In this document: piece after piece, positions 26,801-40,600 of the stretch
Layout: each line of letters starts with the position of its first letter
How positions within the stretch are numbered: position 1 is the stretch's first letter
DNA from: Paragordius varius
Taxonomy: Eukaryota; Animalia; Nematomorpha
Assembly: GCA_964247055.1 (NCBI GenBank)
Contig: OZ176052.1
Span: 13,640,001-13,704,000 of the forward strand
Length of the DNA: 64,000 nt
Reading direction: 5' to 3'
The notes under the pieces: model-generated
What the model saw: the letters and a program-made list of their open reading frames with translations, nothing else
Database searches by the model: none
Told to the model about the DNA's origin: nothing
Program-made: the position numbers and the translations under genes

Positions 26801-28494
26801 ACATTTATAGTCCGATCCCCAAAATATTTGGGGTGATGATGGAACTACCATAGGGCTACCCAAAAAAAATTATGGTGACATCACCTGATCAAATTTGGAT
26901 TTTAGGTAGCCATTTTTATTTTTAAAATCGTATAAAATAAATTTTTTAAATATTTAAAAAATTCATAAAAATTACATTTATACTCCGATCTCGAAAATAT
27001 TTGGGGTGATGATGGAACTACCATAGGGCTACCCAAAAAAAATTATAGTGACATCACCTGATCAAATTTGGATTTTAGGTAGCCATTTTTATTTTTAAAA
27101 TCGTATAAAATAAATTTTTTAAATATTTAAAAAATTCATAAAAATTACATTTATACTCCGATCTCGAAAATATTTGGGGTGATGATGGAACTACCATAGG
27201 GCTACCCAAAAAAAATTATGGTGACATCACCTGATCAAATTTGGATTTTAGGTAGCCATTTTTATTTTTAAAATCGTATAAAATAAATTTTTTAAATATT
27301 TAAAAAATTCATAAAAATTACATTTATAGTCCGATCCCCAAAATATTTGGGGTGATGATGGAACTACCATAGGGCTACCCAAAAAAAAATATGGTGACAT
27401 CACCTGATCAAATTTGGATTTTAGGTAGCCATTTTTATTTTTAAAATCGTATAAAATAAATTTTTTTAATATTTAAAAAATTCATAAAAATTACATTTAT
27501 ACTCCGATCTCGACAATATTTGGGGTGATGATGGAACTACCATAGGGCTACCCAAAAAAAATTATGGTGACATCATCTGATCAAATTTGGATTTTAGGTA
27601 GCCATTTTTATTTTTAAAATCGTATAAATTAAATTTTTTAAATATTTAAAAAATTCATAAAAATTACATTTATACTCCGATCTCGAAAATATTTGGGGTG
27701 ATGATGGAGCTACCATAGGGCTACCCAAAAAAAATTATGGTGACATCACCTGATCAAATTTGGATTTTAGGTAGCCATTTTTATTTTTAAAATCGTATAA
27801 AATAAATTTTTTAAATATTTAAAAAATTAATAAAAGTTACATTTATAGTCCGATCCCCAAAATATTTGTGGTGATGATGGAACTACCATAGGGCTACCCA
27901 AAAAAAATTATGGTGACATCACCTGATCAAATTTGGATTTTAGGTAGCCATTTTTATTTTTAAAATCGTAAAAAATAAATTTTTTAAATATTTAAAAAAT
28001 TCAAAAAAATTACATTTATACTCCGATCTCGACAATATTTGGGGTGATGATGGAATTACCATAGGGCTACCCAAAAAAAATTATGGTGACATCACCTGAT
28101 CAAATTTGGATTTTAGGTAGCCATTTTTATTTTTAAAATCGTATAAAATAAATTTTTTAAATATTTAAAAAATTCATAAAAATTACATTTATACTCCGAT
28201 CTCGAAAATATTTGGGGTGATGATGGAACTACCATAGGGCTACCCAAAAAAAATTATGGTGACATCACCTGATCAAATTTGGATTTTAGGTAGCCAGTTA
28301 TATTTTTAAAATCGTATAAAATAAATTTTTTAAATATTTAAAAAATTCATAAAAATTACATTTATACTCCGATCTCGAAAATATTTGGGGTGATGATGGA
28401 ACTACCATAGGGCTACCCAAAAAAAATTATAGTGACATTACCTGATCAAATTTGGATTTTAGGTAGCCATTTTTATCTTAAAATCGTATAAAAT

Positions 28495-31400
28495 AAATTT
28501 TTTAAATATTTAAAAAATTCATAAAAATTACATTTATAGTCCGATCCCCAAAATATTTGGGGTGATGATGGAACTACCATAGGGCTACCCAAAAAAAATA
28601 ATAGTGACATCACCTGATCAAATTGGATTTTAGGTAGCCATTTTTATTTTTAAAATCGTATAAAATAAATTATTTAAATATTTAAAAAATTCATAAAAAT
28701 TACATTTATAGTCCGATCCCCAAAATATTTGGGGTAATGATGGAACTACCATAGGGCTACCCAAAAAAAATTATGGTGACATCACCTGATCAAATTTGGA
28801 TTTTAGGTAGCCATTTTTATTTTTAAAATCGTATAAAATAAATTTTTTAAATATTTAAAAAATTCATAAAAATTACATTTATATTCCGATCTCGAAAATA
28901 TTTGGGGTGATGATGGAACTACCATAGGGCTACCCAAAAAAAATTATAGTGACATCACCTGATCAAATTTGGATTTTAGGTAGCCATTTTTATTTTTAAA
29001 ATCGTATAAAATAAATTTTTTAAATATTTAAAAAATTCATAAAAATTACATTTATACTCCGATCTCGACAATATTTGAGGTGATGATGGAACTACCATAG
29101 GGCTACCCAAAAAAAATTATGGTGACATCACCTGATCAAATTTGGATTTTAGGTAGCCATTTTTATTTTTAAAATCGTATAAAATAAATTATTTAAATAT
29201 TTAAAAAATTCATAAAAATTACATTTATAGTCCGATCCCCAAAATATTTGGGGTGATGATGGAACTACCATAGAGCTACCCAAAAAAAATTATGGTGACA
29301 TCACCTAATCAAATTTGGATTTTAGGTAGCCATTTTTATTTTTAAAATCGTATAAAATAAATTTTTTAAATATTTAAAAAATTCATAAAAATTACATTTA
29401 TAGTCCGATCCCCAAAGTATTTGGGGTGATGATGGAACTACCATAGGGCTACCCAAAAAAAATTATGGCGACATCACCTGATCAAATTTGGATTTTAGGT
29501 AGCCATTTTTATTTTTAAAATCGTATAAAATAAATTTTTTAAATATTTAAAAAATTCATAAAAATTACATTTATAGTCCGATCTCGACAATATTTGGGGT
29601 GATGATGGAATTACCATAGGGCTACCCAAAAAAAATTATGGTGACATCACCTGATCAAATTTGGATTTTAGGTAGCCATTTTTATTTTTAAAATCGTATA
29701 AAATAAATTTTTTAAATATTTAAAAAATTCATAAAAATTACATTTATACTCCGATCTCGAAAATATTTGGGGTGATGATGGAACTACCTAGGGCTACCCA
29801 AAAAAAATTATAGTGACATCACCTGATCAAATTTGGATTTTAGGTAACCATTTTTATTTTTAATATCGTATAAAATAAATTTTTTAAATATTTAAAAAAT
29901 TCATAAAAATTACATTTATAGTCCGATCCCCAAAATATTTGGGGTGATGATGGAACTACCATAGGGCTACCCAAAAAAAATTATGGTGACATCACCTGAT
30001 CAAATTTGGATTTTAGGTAGCCATTTTTATTTTTAAAATCGTATAAAATAAATTTTTTAAATATTTAAAAAATTCATAAAAATTACATTTATAGTCCGAT
30101 CCCCAAAATATTTGGGGTGATGATGGAACTACCATAGGGCTACCCAAAAAAAATAATAGTGACATCACCTGATCAAATTGGATTTTAGGTAGCCATTTTT
30201 ATTTTTAAAATCGTATAAAATAAATTATTTAAATATTTAAAAAATTCATAAAAATTACATTTATAGTCCGATCCCCAAAATATTTGGGGTAATGATGGAA
30301 CTACCATAGGGCTACCCAAAAAAAATTATGGTGACATCACCTGATCAAATTTGGATTTTAGGTAGCCATTTTTATTTTTAAAATCGTATAAAATAAATTT
30401 TTTAAATATTTAAAAAATTCATAAAAATTACATTTATATTCCGATCTCGAAAATATTTGGGGTGATGATGGAACTACCATAGGGCTACCCAAAAAAAATT
30501 ATAGTGACATCACCTGATCAAATTTGGATTTTAGGTAGCCATTTTTATTTTTAAAATCGTATAAAATAAATTTTTTAAATATTTAAAAAATTCATAAAAA
30601 TTACATTTATACTCCGATCTCGACAATATTTGAGGTGATGATGGAACTACCATAGGGCTACCCAAAAAAAATTATGGTGACATCACCTGATCAAATTTGG
30701 ATTTTAGGTAGCCATTTTTATTTTTAAAATCGTATAAAATAAATTATTTAAATATTTAAAAAATTCATAAAAATTACATTTATAGTCCGATCCCCAAAAT
30801 ATTTGGGGTGATGATGGAACTACCATAGAGCTACCCAAAAAAAATTATGGTGACATCACCTAATCAAATTTGGATTTTAGGTAGCCATTTTTATTTTTAA
30901 AATCGTATAAAATAAATTTTTTAAATATTTAAAAAATTCATAAAAATTACATTTATAGTCCGATCCCCAAAGTATTTGGGGTGATGATGGAACTACCATA
31001 GGGCTACCCAAAAAAAATTATGGCGACATCACCTGATCAAATTTGGATTTTAGGTAGCCATTTTTATTTTTAAAATCGTATAAAATAAATTTTTTAAATA
31101 TTTAAAAAATTCATAAAAATTACATTTATAGTCCGATCTCGACAATATTTGGGGTGATGATGGAATTACCATAGGGCTACCCAAAAAAAATTATGGTGAC
31201 ATCACCTGATCAAATTTGGATTTTAGGTAGCCATTTTTATTTTTAAAATCGTATAAAATAAATTTTTTAAATATTTAAAAAATTCATAAAAATTACATTT
31301 ATACTCCGATCTCGAAAATATTTGGGGTGATGATGGAACTACCTAGGGCTACCCAAAAAAAATTATAGTGACATCACCTGATCAAATTTGGATTTTAGGT

Positions 31401-31515
31401 AACCATTTTTATTTTTAATATCGTATAAAATAAATTTTTTAAATATTTAAAAAATTCATAAAAATTACATTTATAGTCCGATCCCCAAAATATTTGGGGT
31501 GATGATGGAACTACC
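28495..31515 (+). repeat. Tandem 9-monomer higher-order unit, ~2 copies (period 1555 bp)
   Basis: GGGGTAATG (28731/30286), TAGAGCT (29271/30826), TATTCCG, TTGAGGTG and CCTAGG recur at a constant offset. Confidence 0.9.
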
Positions 31516-34099
31516 ATAGGGCTACCCAAAAAAAATAATAGTGACATCACCTGATCAAATTGGATTTTAGGTAGCCATTTTTATTTTTAAAATCGTATAA
31601 AATAAATTATTTAAATATTTAAAAAATTCATAAAAATTACATTTATAGTCCGATCCCCAAAATATTTGGGGTGATGATGGAACTACCATAGGGCTACCCA
31701 AAAAAAATTATGGTGACATCACCTGATCAAATTTGGATTTTAGGTAGCCATTTTTATTTTTAAAATCGTATAAAATAAATTTTTTAAATATTTAAAAAAT
31801 TCATAAAAATTACATTTATACTCCGATCTCGAAAATATTTGGGGTGATGATGGAACTACCATAGGGCTACCCAAAAAAAATTATAGTGACATCACCTGAT
31901 CAAATTTGGATTTTAGGTAGCCATTTTTATTTTTAAAATCGTATAAAATAAATTTTTTAAATATTTAAAAAATTCATAAAAATTACATTTATACTCCGAT
32001 CTCGAAAATATTTGGGGTGATGATGGAACTACCATAGGGCTACCCAAAAAAAATTATGGTGACATCACCTGATCAAATTTGGATTTTAGGTAGCCATTTT
32101 TATTTTTAAAATCGAATAAAATAAATTTTTTAAATATTTAAAAAATTCATAAAAATTACATTTATAGTCCGATCCCCAAAATATTTGGGGTGATGATGGA
32201 ACTACCATAGGGCTACCCAAAAAAAATATGGTGACATCACCTGATCAAATTTGGATTTTAGGTAGCCATTTTTATTTTTAAAATCGTATAAAATAAATAT
32301 TTTTAATATTTAAAAAATACATAAAAATTACATTTATACTCCGATCTCGACAATATTTGGGGTGATGATGGAACTACCATAGGGCTACCCAAAAAAAATT
32401 ATGGTGACATCATCTGATCAAATTTGGATTTTAGGTAGCCATTTTTATTTTTAAAATCGTATAAATTAAATTTTTTAAATATTTAAAAAATTCATAAAAA
32501 TTACATTTATACTCCGATCTCGAAAATATTTGGGGTGATGATGGAGCTACCATAGGACTACCCAAAAAAAATTATGGTGACATCACCTGATCAAATTTGG
32601 ATTTTAGGTAGCCATTTTTATTTTTAAAATCGTATAAAATAAATTTTTTAAATATTTAAAAAATTCATAAAAGTTACATTTATAGTCCGATCCCCAAAAT
32701 ATTTGTGGTGATGATGGAACTACCATAGGGCTACCCAAAAAAAATTATGGTGACATCAGCTGATCAAATTTGGATTTTAGGTAGCCATTTTTATTTTTAA
32801 AATCGTAAAAAATAAATTTTTTAAATATTTAAAAAATTCAAAAAAATTACATTTATACTCCGATCTCGACAATATTTGGGGTGATGATGGAATTACCATA
32901 GGGCTACCCAAAAAAAATTATGGTGACATCACCTGATCAAATTTGGATTTTAGGTAGCCATTTTTATTTTTAAAATCGTATAAAATAAATTTTTTAAATA
33001 TTTAAAAAATTTATAAAAATTACATTTATACTCCGATCTCGAAAATATTTGGGGTGATGATGGAACTACCATAGGGCTACCCAAAAAAAATTATGGTGAC
33101 ATCACCTGATCAAATTTGGATTTTAGGTAGCCATTTTTATTTTTAAAATCGTATAAAATAAATTTTTTAAATATTTAAAAAATTCATAAAAATTACATTT
33201 ATACTCCGATCTCGAAAATATTTGGGGTGATGATGGAACTACCATAGGGCTACCCAAAAAAAATTATAGTGACATCACCTGATCAAATTTGGATTTTAGG
33301 TAGCCATTTTTATCTTAAAATCGTATAAAATAAATTTTTTAAATATTTAAAAAATTCATAAAAATTACATTTATAGTCCGATCCCCAAAATATTTGGGGT
33401 GATGATGGAACTACCATAGGGCTACCTAAAAAAAATTATAGTGACATCACCTGATCAAATTTGGATTTTAGGTAGCCATTTTTATTTTTGAAATCGTATA
33501 AAATAAATTTTTTAAATATTTAAAAAATTCATAAAAATTACATTTATACTCCGATCTCGACAATATTTGGGGTGATGATGGAACTACCATAGGGCTACCC
33601 AAAAAAAATTATAGTGACATCACCTGTACAAATTTGGATTTTAGGTAGCCATTTTTATTTTTAAAATCGTATAAAATAAATTTTTTAAATATTTAAAAAA
33701 TTCAAAAAAATTACATTTATACTCCGATCTCGAAAATATTTGGGGTAATGATGGAACTACCATAGGGCTACCCAAAAAAAATTATGGTGACATCACCTGA
33801 TCAAATTTGGATTTTAGGTAGCCATTTTTATTTTTAAAATCGTATAAAATAAATTTTTTAAATATTTAAAAAATTCATAAAAATTACATTTATACTCCGA
33901 TCTCGAAAATATTTGGGGTGATGATGGAACTACCATAGGGCTACCCAAAAAAAATTATAGTGACATCACCTGATCAAATTTGGATTTTAGGTAGCCATTT
34001 TTATTTTTAAAATATAAAATAAATTTTTTAAATATTTAAAAAATTCATAAAAATTACATTTATAGTCCGATCCCCAAAATATTTGGGGTGATGATGGAA

Positions 34100-37000
34100 T
34101 TACCATAGGGCTACCCAAAAAAAATTATGGTGACATCACCTGATCAAATTTGGATTTTAGGTAGCCATTTTTATTTTTAATATCGTATAAAATAAATTTT
34201 TTAAATATTTAAAAAATTCATAAAAATTACATTTATACTCCGATCTCGACAATATTTGGGGTGATGATGGAACTACCATAGGGCCCAAAAAAAATTATAG
34301 TGACATCACCTGATCAAATTTGGATTTTAGGTAGCCATTTTTATTTTTAAAATCGTATAAAATAAATTTTTTAAATATTTAAAAAATTCATAAAAATTAC
34401 ATTTATAGTCCGATCCCCAAAATATTTGGGGTGATGATGGAACTACCATAGGGCTACCCAAAAAAAATAATAGTGACATCACCTGATCAAATTGGATTTT
34501 AGGTAGCCATTTTTATTTTTAAAATCGTATAAAATAAATTATTTAAATATTTAAAAAATTCATAAAAATTACATTTATAGTCCGATCCCCAAAATATTTG
34601 GGGTGATGATGGAACTACCATAGGGCTACCCAAAAAAAATTATGGTGACATCACCTGATCAAATTTGGATTTTAGGTAGCCATTTTTATTTTTAAAATCG
34701 TATAAAATAAATTTTTTAAATATTTAAAAAATTCATAAAAATTACATTTATACTCCGATCTCGAAAATATTTGGGGTGATGATGGAACTACCATAGGGCT
34801 ACCCAAAAAAAATTATAGTGACATCACCTGATTAAATTTGGATTTTAGGTAGCCATTTTTATTTTTAAAATCGTATAAAATAAATTTTTTAAATATTTAA
34901 AAAATTCATAAAAATTACATTTATACTCCGATCTCGAAAATATTTGGGGTGATGATGGAACTACCATAGGGCTACCCAAAAAAAATTATGGTGACATCAC
35001 CTGATCAAATTTGGATTTTAGGTAGCCATTTTTATTTTTAAAATCGAATAAAATAAATTTTTTAAATATTTAAAAAATTCATAAAAATTACATTTATACT
35101 CCGATCCCCAAAATATTTGGGGTGAGGATGGAACTACCATAGGGCTACCCAAAAAAAATATGGTGACATCACCTGATCAAATTTGGATTTTAGGTAGCCA
35201 TTTTTATTTTTAAAATCGTATAAAATAAATATTTTTAATATTTAAAAAATACATAAAAATTACATTTATACTCCGATCTCGACAATATTTGGGGTGATGA
35301 TGGAACTACCATAGGGCTACCCAAAAAAAATTATGGTGACATCATCTGATCAAATTTGGATTTTAGGTAGCCATTTTTATTTTTAAAATCGTATAAATTA
35401 AATTTTTTAAATATTTAAAAAATTCATAAAAATTACATTTATACTCCGATCTCGAAAATATTTGGGGTGATGATGGAGCTACCATAGGGCTACCCAAAAA
35501 AAATTATGGTGACATCACCTGATCAAATTTGGATTTTAGGTAGCCATTTTTATTTTTAAAATCTTATAAAATAAATTTTTTAAATATTTAAAAAATTCAT
35601 AAAAGTTACATTTATAGTCCGATCCCCAAAATATTTGTGGTGATGATGGAACTACCATAGGGCTACCCAAAAAAAATTATGGTGACATCACCTGATCAAA
35701 TTTGGATTTTAGGTAGCCATTTTTATTTTTAAAATCGTAAAAAATAAATTTTTTAAATATTTAAAAAATTCAAAAAAATTACATTTATACTCCGATCTCG
35801 ACAATATTTGGGGTGATGATGGAATTACCATAGGGCTACCCAAAAAAAATTATGGTGACATCACCTGATCAAATTTGGATTTTAGGTAGCCATTTTTATT
35901 TTTAATATCGTATAAAATAAATTTTTTAAATATTTAAAAAATTCATAAAAATTACATTTATACTCCGATCTCGACAATATTTGGGGTGATGATGGAACTA
36001 CCATAGGGCCCAAAAAAAATTATAGTGACATCACCTGATCAAATTTGGATTTTAGGTAGCCATTTTTATTTTTAAAATCGTATAAAATAAATTTTTTAAA
36101 TATTTAAAAAATTCATAAAAATTACATTTATAGTCCGATCCCCAAAATATTTGGGGTGATGATGGAACTACCATAGGGCTACCCAAAAAAATAATAGTGA
36201 CATCACCTGATCAAATTGGATTTTAGGTAGCCATTTTTATTTTTAAAATCGTATAAAATAAATTATTTAAATATTTAAAAAATTCATAAAAATTACATTT
36301 ATAGTCCGATCCCCAAAATATTTGGGGTGATGATGGAACTACCATAGGGCTACCCAAAAAAAATTATGGTGACATCACCTGATCAAATTTGGATTTTAGG
36401 TAGCCATTTTTATTTTTAAAATCGTATAAAATAAATTTTTTAAATATTTAAAAAATTCATAAAAATTACATTTATACTCCGATCTCGAAAATATTTGGGG
36501 TGATGATGGAACTACCATAGGGCTACCCAAAAAAAATTATAGTGACATCACCTGATTAAATTTGGATTTTAGGTAGCCATTTTTATTTTTAAAATCGTAT
36601 AAAATAAATTTTTTAAATATTTAAAAAATTCATAAAAATTACATTTATACTCCGATCTCGAAAATATTTGGGGTGATGATGGAACTACCATAGGGCTACC
36701 CAAAAAAAATTATGGTGACATCACCTGATCAAATTTGGATTTTAGGTAGCCATTTTTATTTTTAAAATCGAATAAAATAAATTTTTTAAATATTTAAAAA
36801 ATTCATAAAAATTACATTTATAGTCCGATCCCCAAAATATTTGGGGTGATGATGGAACTACCATAGGGCTACCCAAAAAAAATATGGTGACATCACCTGA
36901 TCAAATTTGGATTTTAGGTAGCCATTTTTATTTTTAAAATCGTATAAAATAAATATTTTTAATATTTAAAAAATACATAAAAATTACATTTATACTCCGA

Positions 37001-37600
37001 TCTCGACAATATTTGGGGTGATGATGGAACTACCATAGGGCTACCCAAAAAAAATTATGGTGACATCATCTGATCAAATTTGGATTTTAGGTAGCCATTT
37101 TTATTTTTAAAATCGTATAAATTAAATTTTTTAAATATTTAAAAAATTCATAAAAATTACATTTATACTCCGATCTCGAAAATATTTGGGGTGATGATGG
37201 AGCTACCATAGGGCTACCCAAAAAAAATTATGGTGACATCACCTGATCAAATTTGGATTTTAGGTAGCCATTTTTATTTTTAAAATCTTATAAAATAAAT
37301 TTTTTAAATATTTAAAAAAATTCATAAAAGTTACATTTATAGTCCGATCCCCAAAATATTTGTGGTGATGATGGAACTACCATAGGGCTACCCAAAAAAA
37401 ATTATGGTGACATCACCTGATCAAATTTGGATTTTAGGTAGCCATTTTTATTTTTAAAATCGTAAAAAATAAATTTTTTAAATATTTAAAAAATTCAAAA
37501 AAATTACATTTATACTCCGATCTCGACAATATTTGGGGTGATGATGGAATTACCATAGGGCTACCCAAAAAAAATTATGGTGACATCACCTGATCAAATT
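34100..37600 (+). repeat. Tandem 10-monomer higher-order unit, 2 copies (period 1724-1725 bp)
   Basis: GGGCCC deletion allele (34281/36006), CTGATTAAA, ATCGAATA (35046/36770), GGAGCTACC (35475/37199), ATCTTATA. Confidence 0.9.
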
Positions 37601-40600
37601 TGGATTTTAGGTAGCCATTTTTATTTTTAAAATCGTATAAAATAAATTTTTTAAATATTTAAAAAATTCATAAAAATTACATTTATACTCCGATCTCGAA
37701 AATATTTGGGGTGATGATGGAACTACCATAGGGCTACCCAAAAAAAATTATGGTGACATCACCTGATCAAATTTGGATTTTAGGTAGCCATTTATTTTTA
37801 AAATCGTATAAAATAAATTTTTTAAATATTTAAAAAATTCATAAAAATTACATTTATACTCCGATCTCGAAAATATTTGGGGTGATGATGGAACTACCAT
37901 AGGGCTACCCAAAAAAAATTATAGTGACATCACCTGATCAAATTTGGATTTTAGGTAGCCATTTTTATCTTAAAATCGTATAAAATAAATTTTTTAAATA
38001 TTTAAAAAATTCATAAAAATTACATTTATAGTCCGATCCCCAAAATATTTGGGGTGATGATGGAACTACCATAGGGCTACCCAAAAAAAATTATAGTGAC
38101 ATCACCTGATCAAATTTGGATTTTAGGTAGCCATTTTTATTTTTGAAATCGTATAAAATAAATTTTTTAAATATTTAAAAAATTCATAAAAATTACATTT
38201 ATACTCCGATCTCGACAATATTTGGGGTGATGATGGAACTACCATAGGGCTACCCAAAAAATATTATAGTGACATCACCTGTACAAATTTGGATTTTAGG
38301 TAGCCATTTTTATTTTTAAAATCGTATAAAATAAATTTTTTAAATATTTAAAAAATTCAAAAAAATTACATTTATACTCCGATCTCGAAAATATTTGGGG
38401 TGATGATGGAACTACCATAGGGCTACCCAAAAAAAATTATGGTGACATCACCTGATCAAATTAGGTAGCCATTTTTATTTTTAAAATCGTATAAAATAAA
38501 TTTTTTAAATATTTAAAAAATTCATAAAAATTACATTTATACTCCGATCTCGAAAATATTTGGGGTGATGATGGAACTACCATAGGGCTACCCAAAAAAA
38601 ATTATAGTGACATCACCTGATCAAATTTGGATTTTAGGTAGCCATTTTTATTTTTAAAATATAAAATAAATTTTTTAAATATTTAAAAAATTCATAAAAA
38701 TTACATTTATAGTCCGATCCCCAAAATATTTGGGGTGATGATGGAATTACCATAGGGCTACCCAAAAAAAATTATGGTGACATCACCTGATCAAATTTGG
38801 AGGTAGCCATTTTTATTTTTAATATCGTATAAAATAAATTTTTTAAATATTTAAAAAATTCATAAAATTTACACTCCGATCTCGACAATATTTGGGGTGA
38901 TGATGGAACTACCATAGGGCCCAAAAAAAATTATAGTGACATCACCTGATCAAATTTGGATTTTAGGTAGCCATTTTTATTTTTAAAATCGTATAAAATA
39001 AATTTTTTAAATATTTAAAAAATTCATAAAAATTACATTTATAGTCCGATCCCCAAAATATTTGGGGTGATGATGGAACAACCATAGGGCTACACAAAAA
39101 AAATTATGGCGACATCACCTGATCAAATTTGGATTTTAGGTAGCCATTTTTATTTTTAAAATCGTATAAAATAAATTTTTTAAATATTTAAAAAATTCAA
39201 AAAAATTACATTTATACTCCGATCTCGAAAATATTTGGGGTGATGATGGAACTACCATAGGGCAACCCAAAAAAAATTATGGCGACATCACCTGATCAAA
39301 TTTGGATTTTAGGTAGCCATTTTTATTTTTAAAATCGTATAAAATAAATTTTTTAAATATTTAAAAAATTCATAAAAATTACATTTATACTCCGATCTCG
39401 ACAATATTTGGGGTGATGATGGAACTACCATAGGGCTACCCCAAAAAAATTATAGTGACATCACCTGATCAAATTTGGATTTTAGGTAGCCATTTTTATT
39501 TTTAAAATATAAAATAAATTTTTTAAATATTTAAAAAATTCATAAAAATTACATTTATAGTCCGATCCCCAAAATATTTGGGGTGATGATGGAATTACCA
39601 TAGGGCTACCCAAAAAAAATTATGGTGACATCACCTGATCAAATTTGGATTTTAGGTAGCCATTTTTATTTTTAATATCGTATAAAATAAATTTTTTAAA
39701 TATTTAAAAAATTCATAAAAATTACATTTATACTCCGATCTCGACAATATTTGGGGTGATGATGGAACTACCATAGGGCCCAAAAAAAATTATAGTGACA
39801 TCACCTGATCAAATTTGGATTTTAGGTAGCCATTTTTATTTTTAAAATCGTATAAAATAAATTTTTTAAATATTTAAAAAATTCATAAAAATTACATTTA
39901 TAGTCCGATCCCCAAAATATTTGGGGTGATGATGGAACAACCATAGGGCTACACAAAAAAAATTATGGCGACATCACCTGATCAAATTTGGATTTTAGGT
40001 AGCCATTTTTATTTTTAAAATCGTATAAAATAAATTTTTTAAATATTTAAAAAATTCAAAAAAATTACATTTATACTCCGATCTCGAAAATATTTGGGGT
40101 GATGATGGAACTACCATAGGGCTACCCAAAAAAAATTATGGCGACATCACCTGATCAAATTTGGATTTTAGGTAGCCATTTTTATTTTTAAAATCGTATA
40201 AAATAAATTTTTTAAATATTTAAAAAATTCATAAAAATTACATTTATACTCCGATCTCGACAATATTTGGGGTGATGATGGAACTACCATAGGGCTACCC
40301 CAAAAAAATTATAGTGACATCACCTGATCAAATTTGGATTTTAGGTAGCCATTTTTATTTTTAAAATCGTATAAAATAAATTTTTTAAATGTTTAAAAAA
40401 TTCATAAAAATTACATTTATAGTCCGATCCCCAAAATATTTGGGGTGATGATGGAATTACCATAGGGCTACCCAAAAAAAATTATGGTGACATCACCTGA
40501 TCAAATTTGGATTTTAGGTAGCCATTTTTATTTTTAAAATCGTATAAAATAAATTTTTTAAATATTTAAAAAATTCATAAAAATTACATTTATACTCCGA

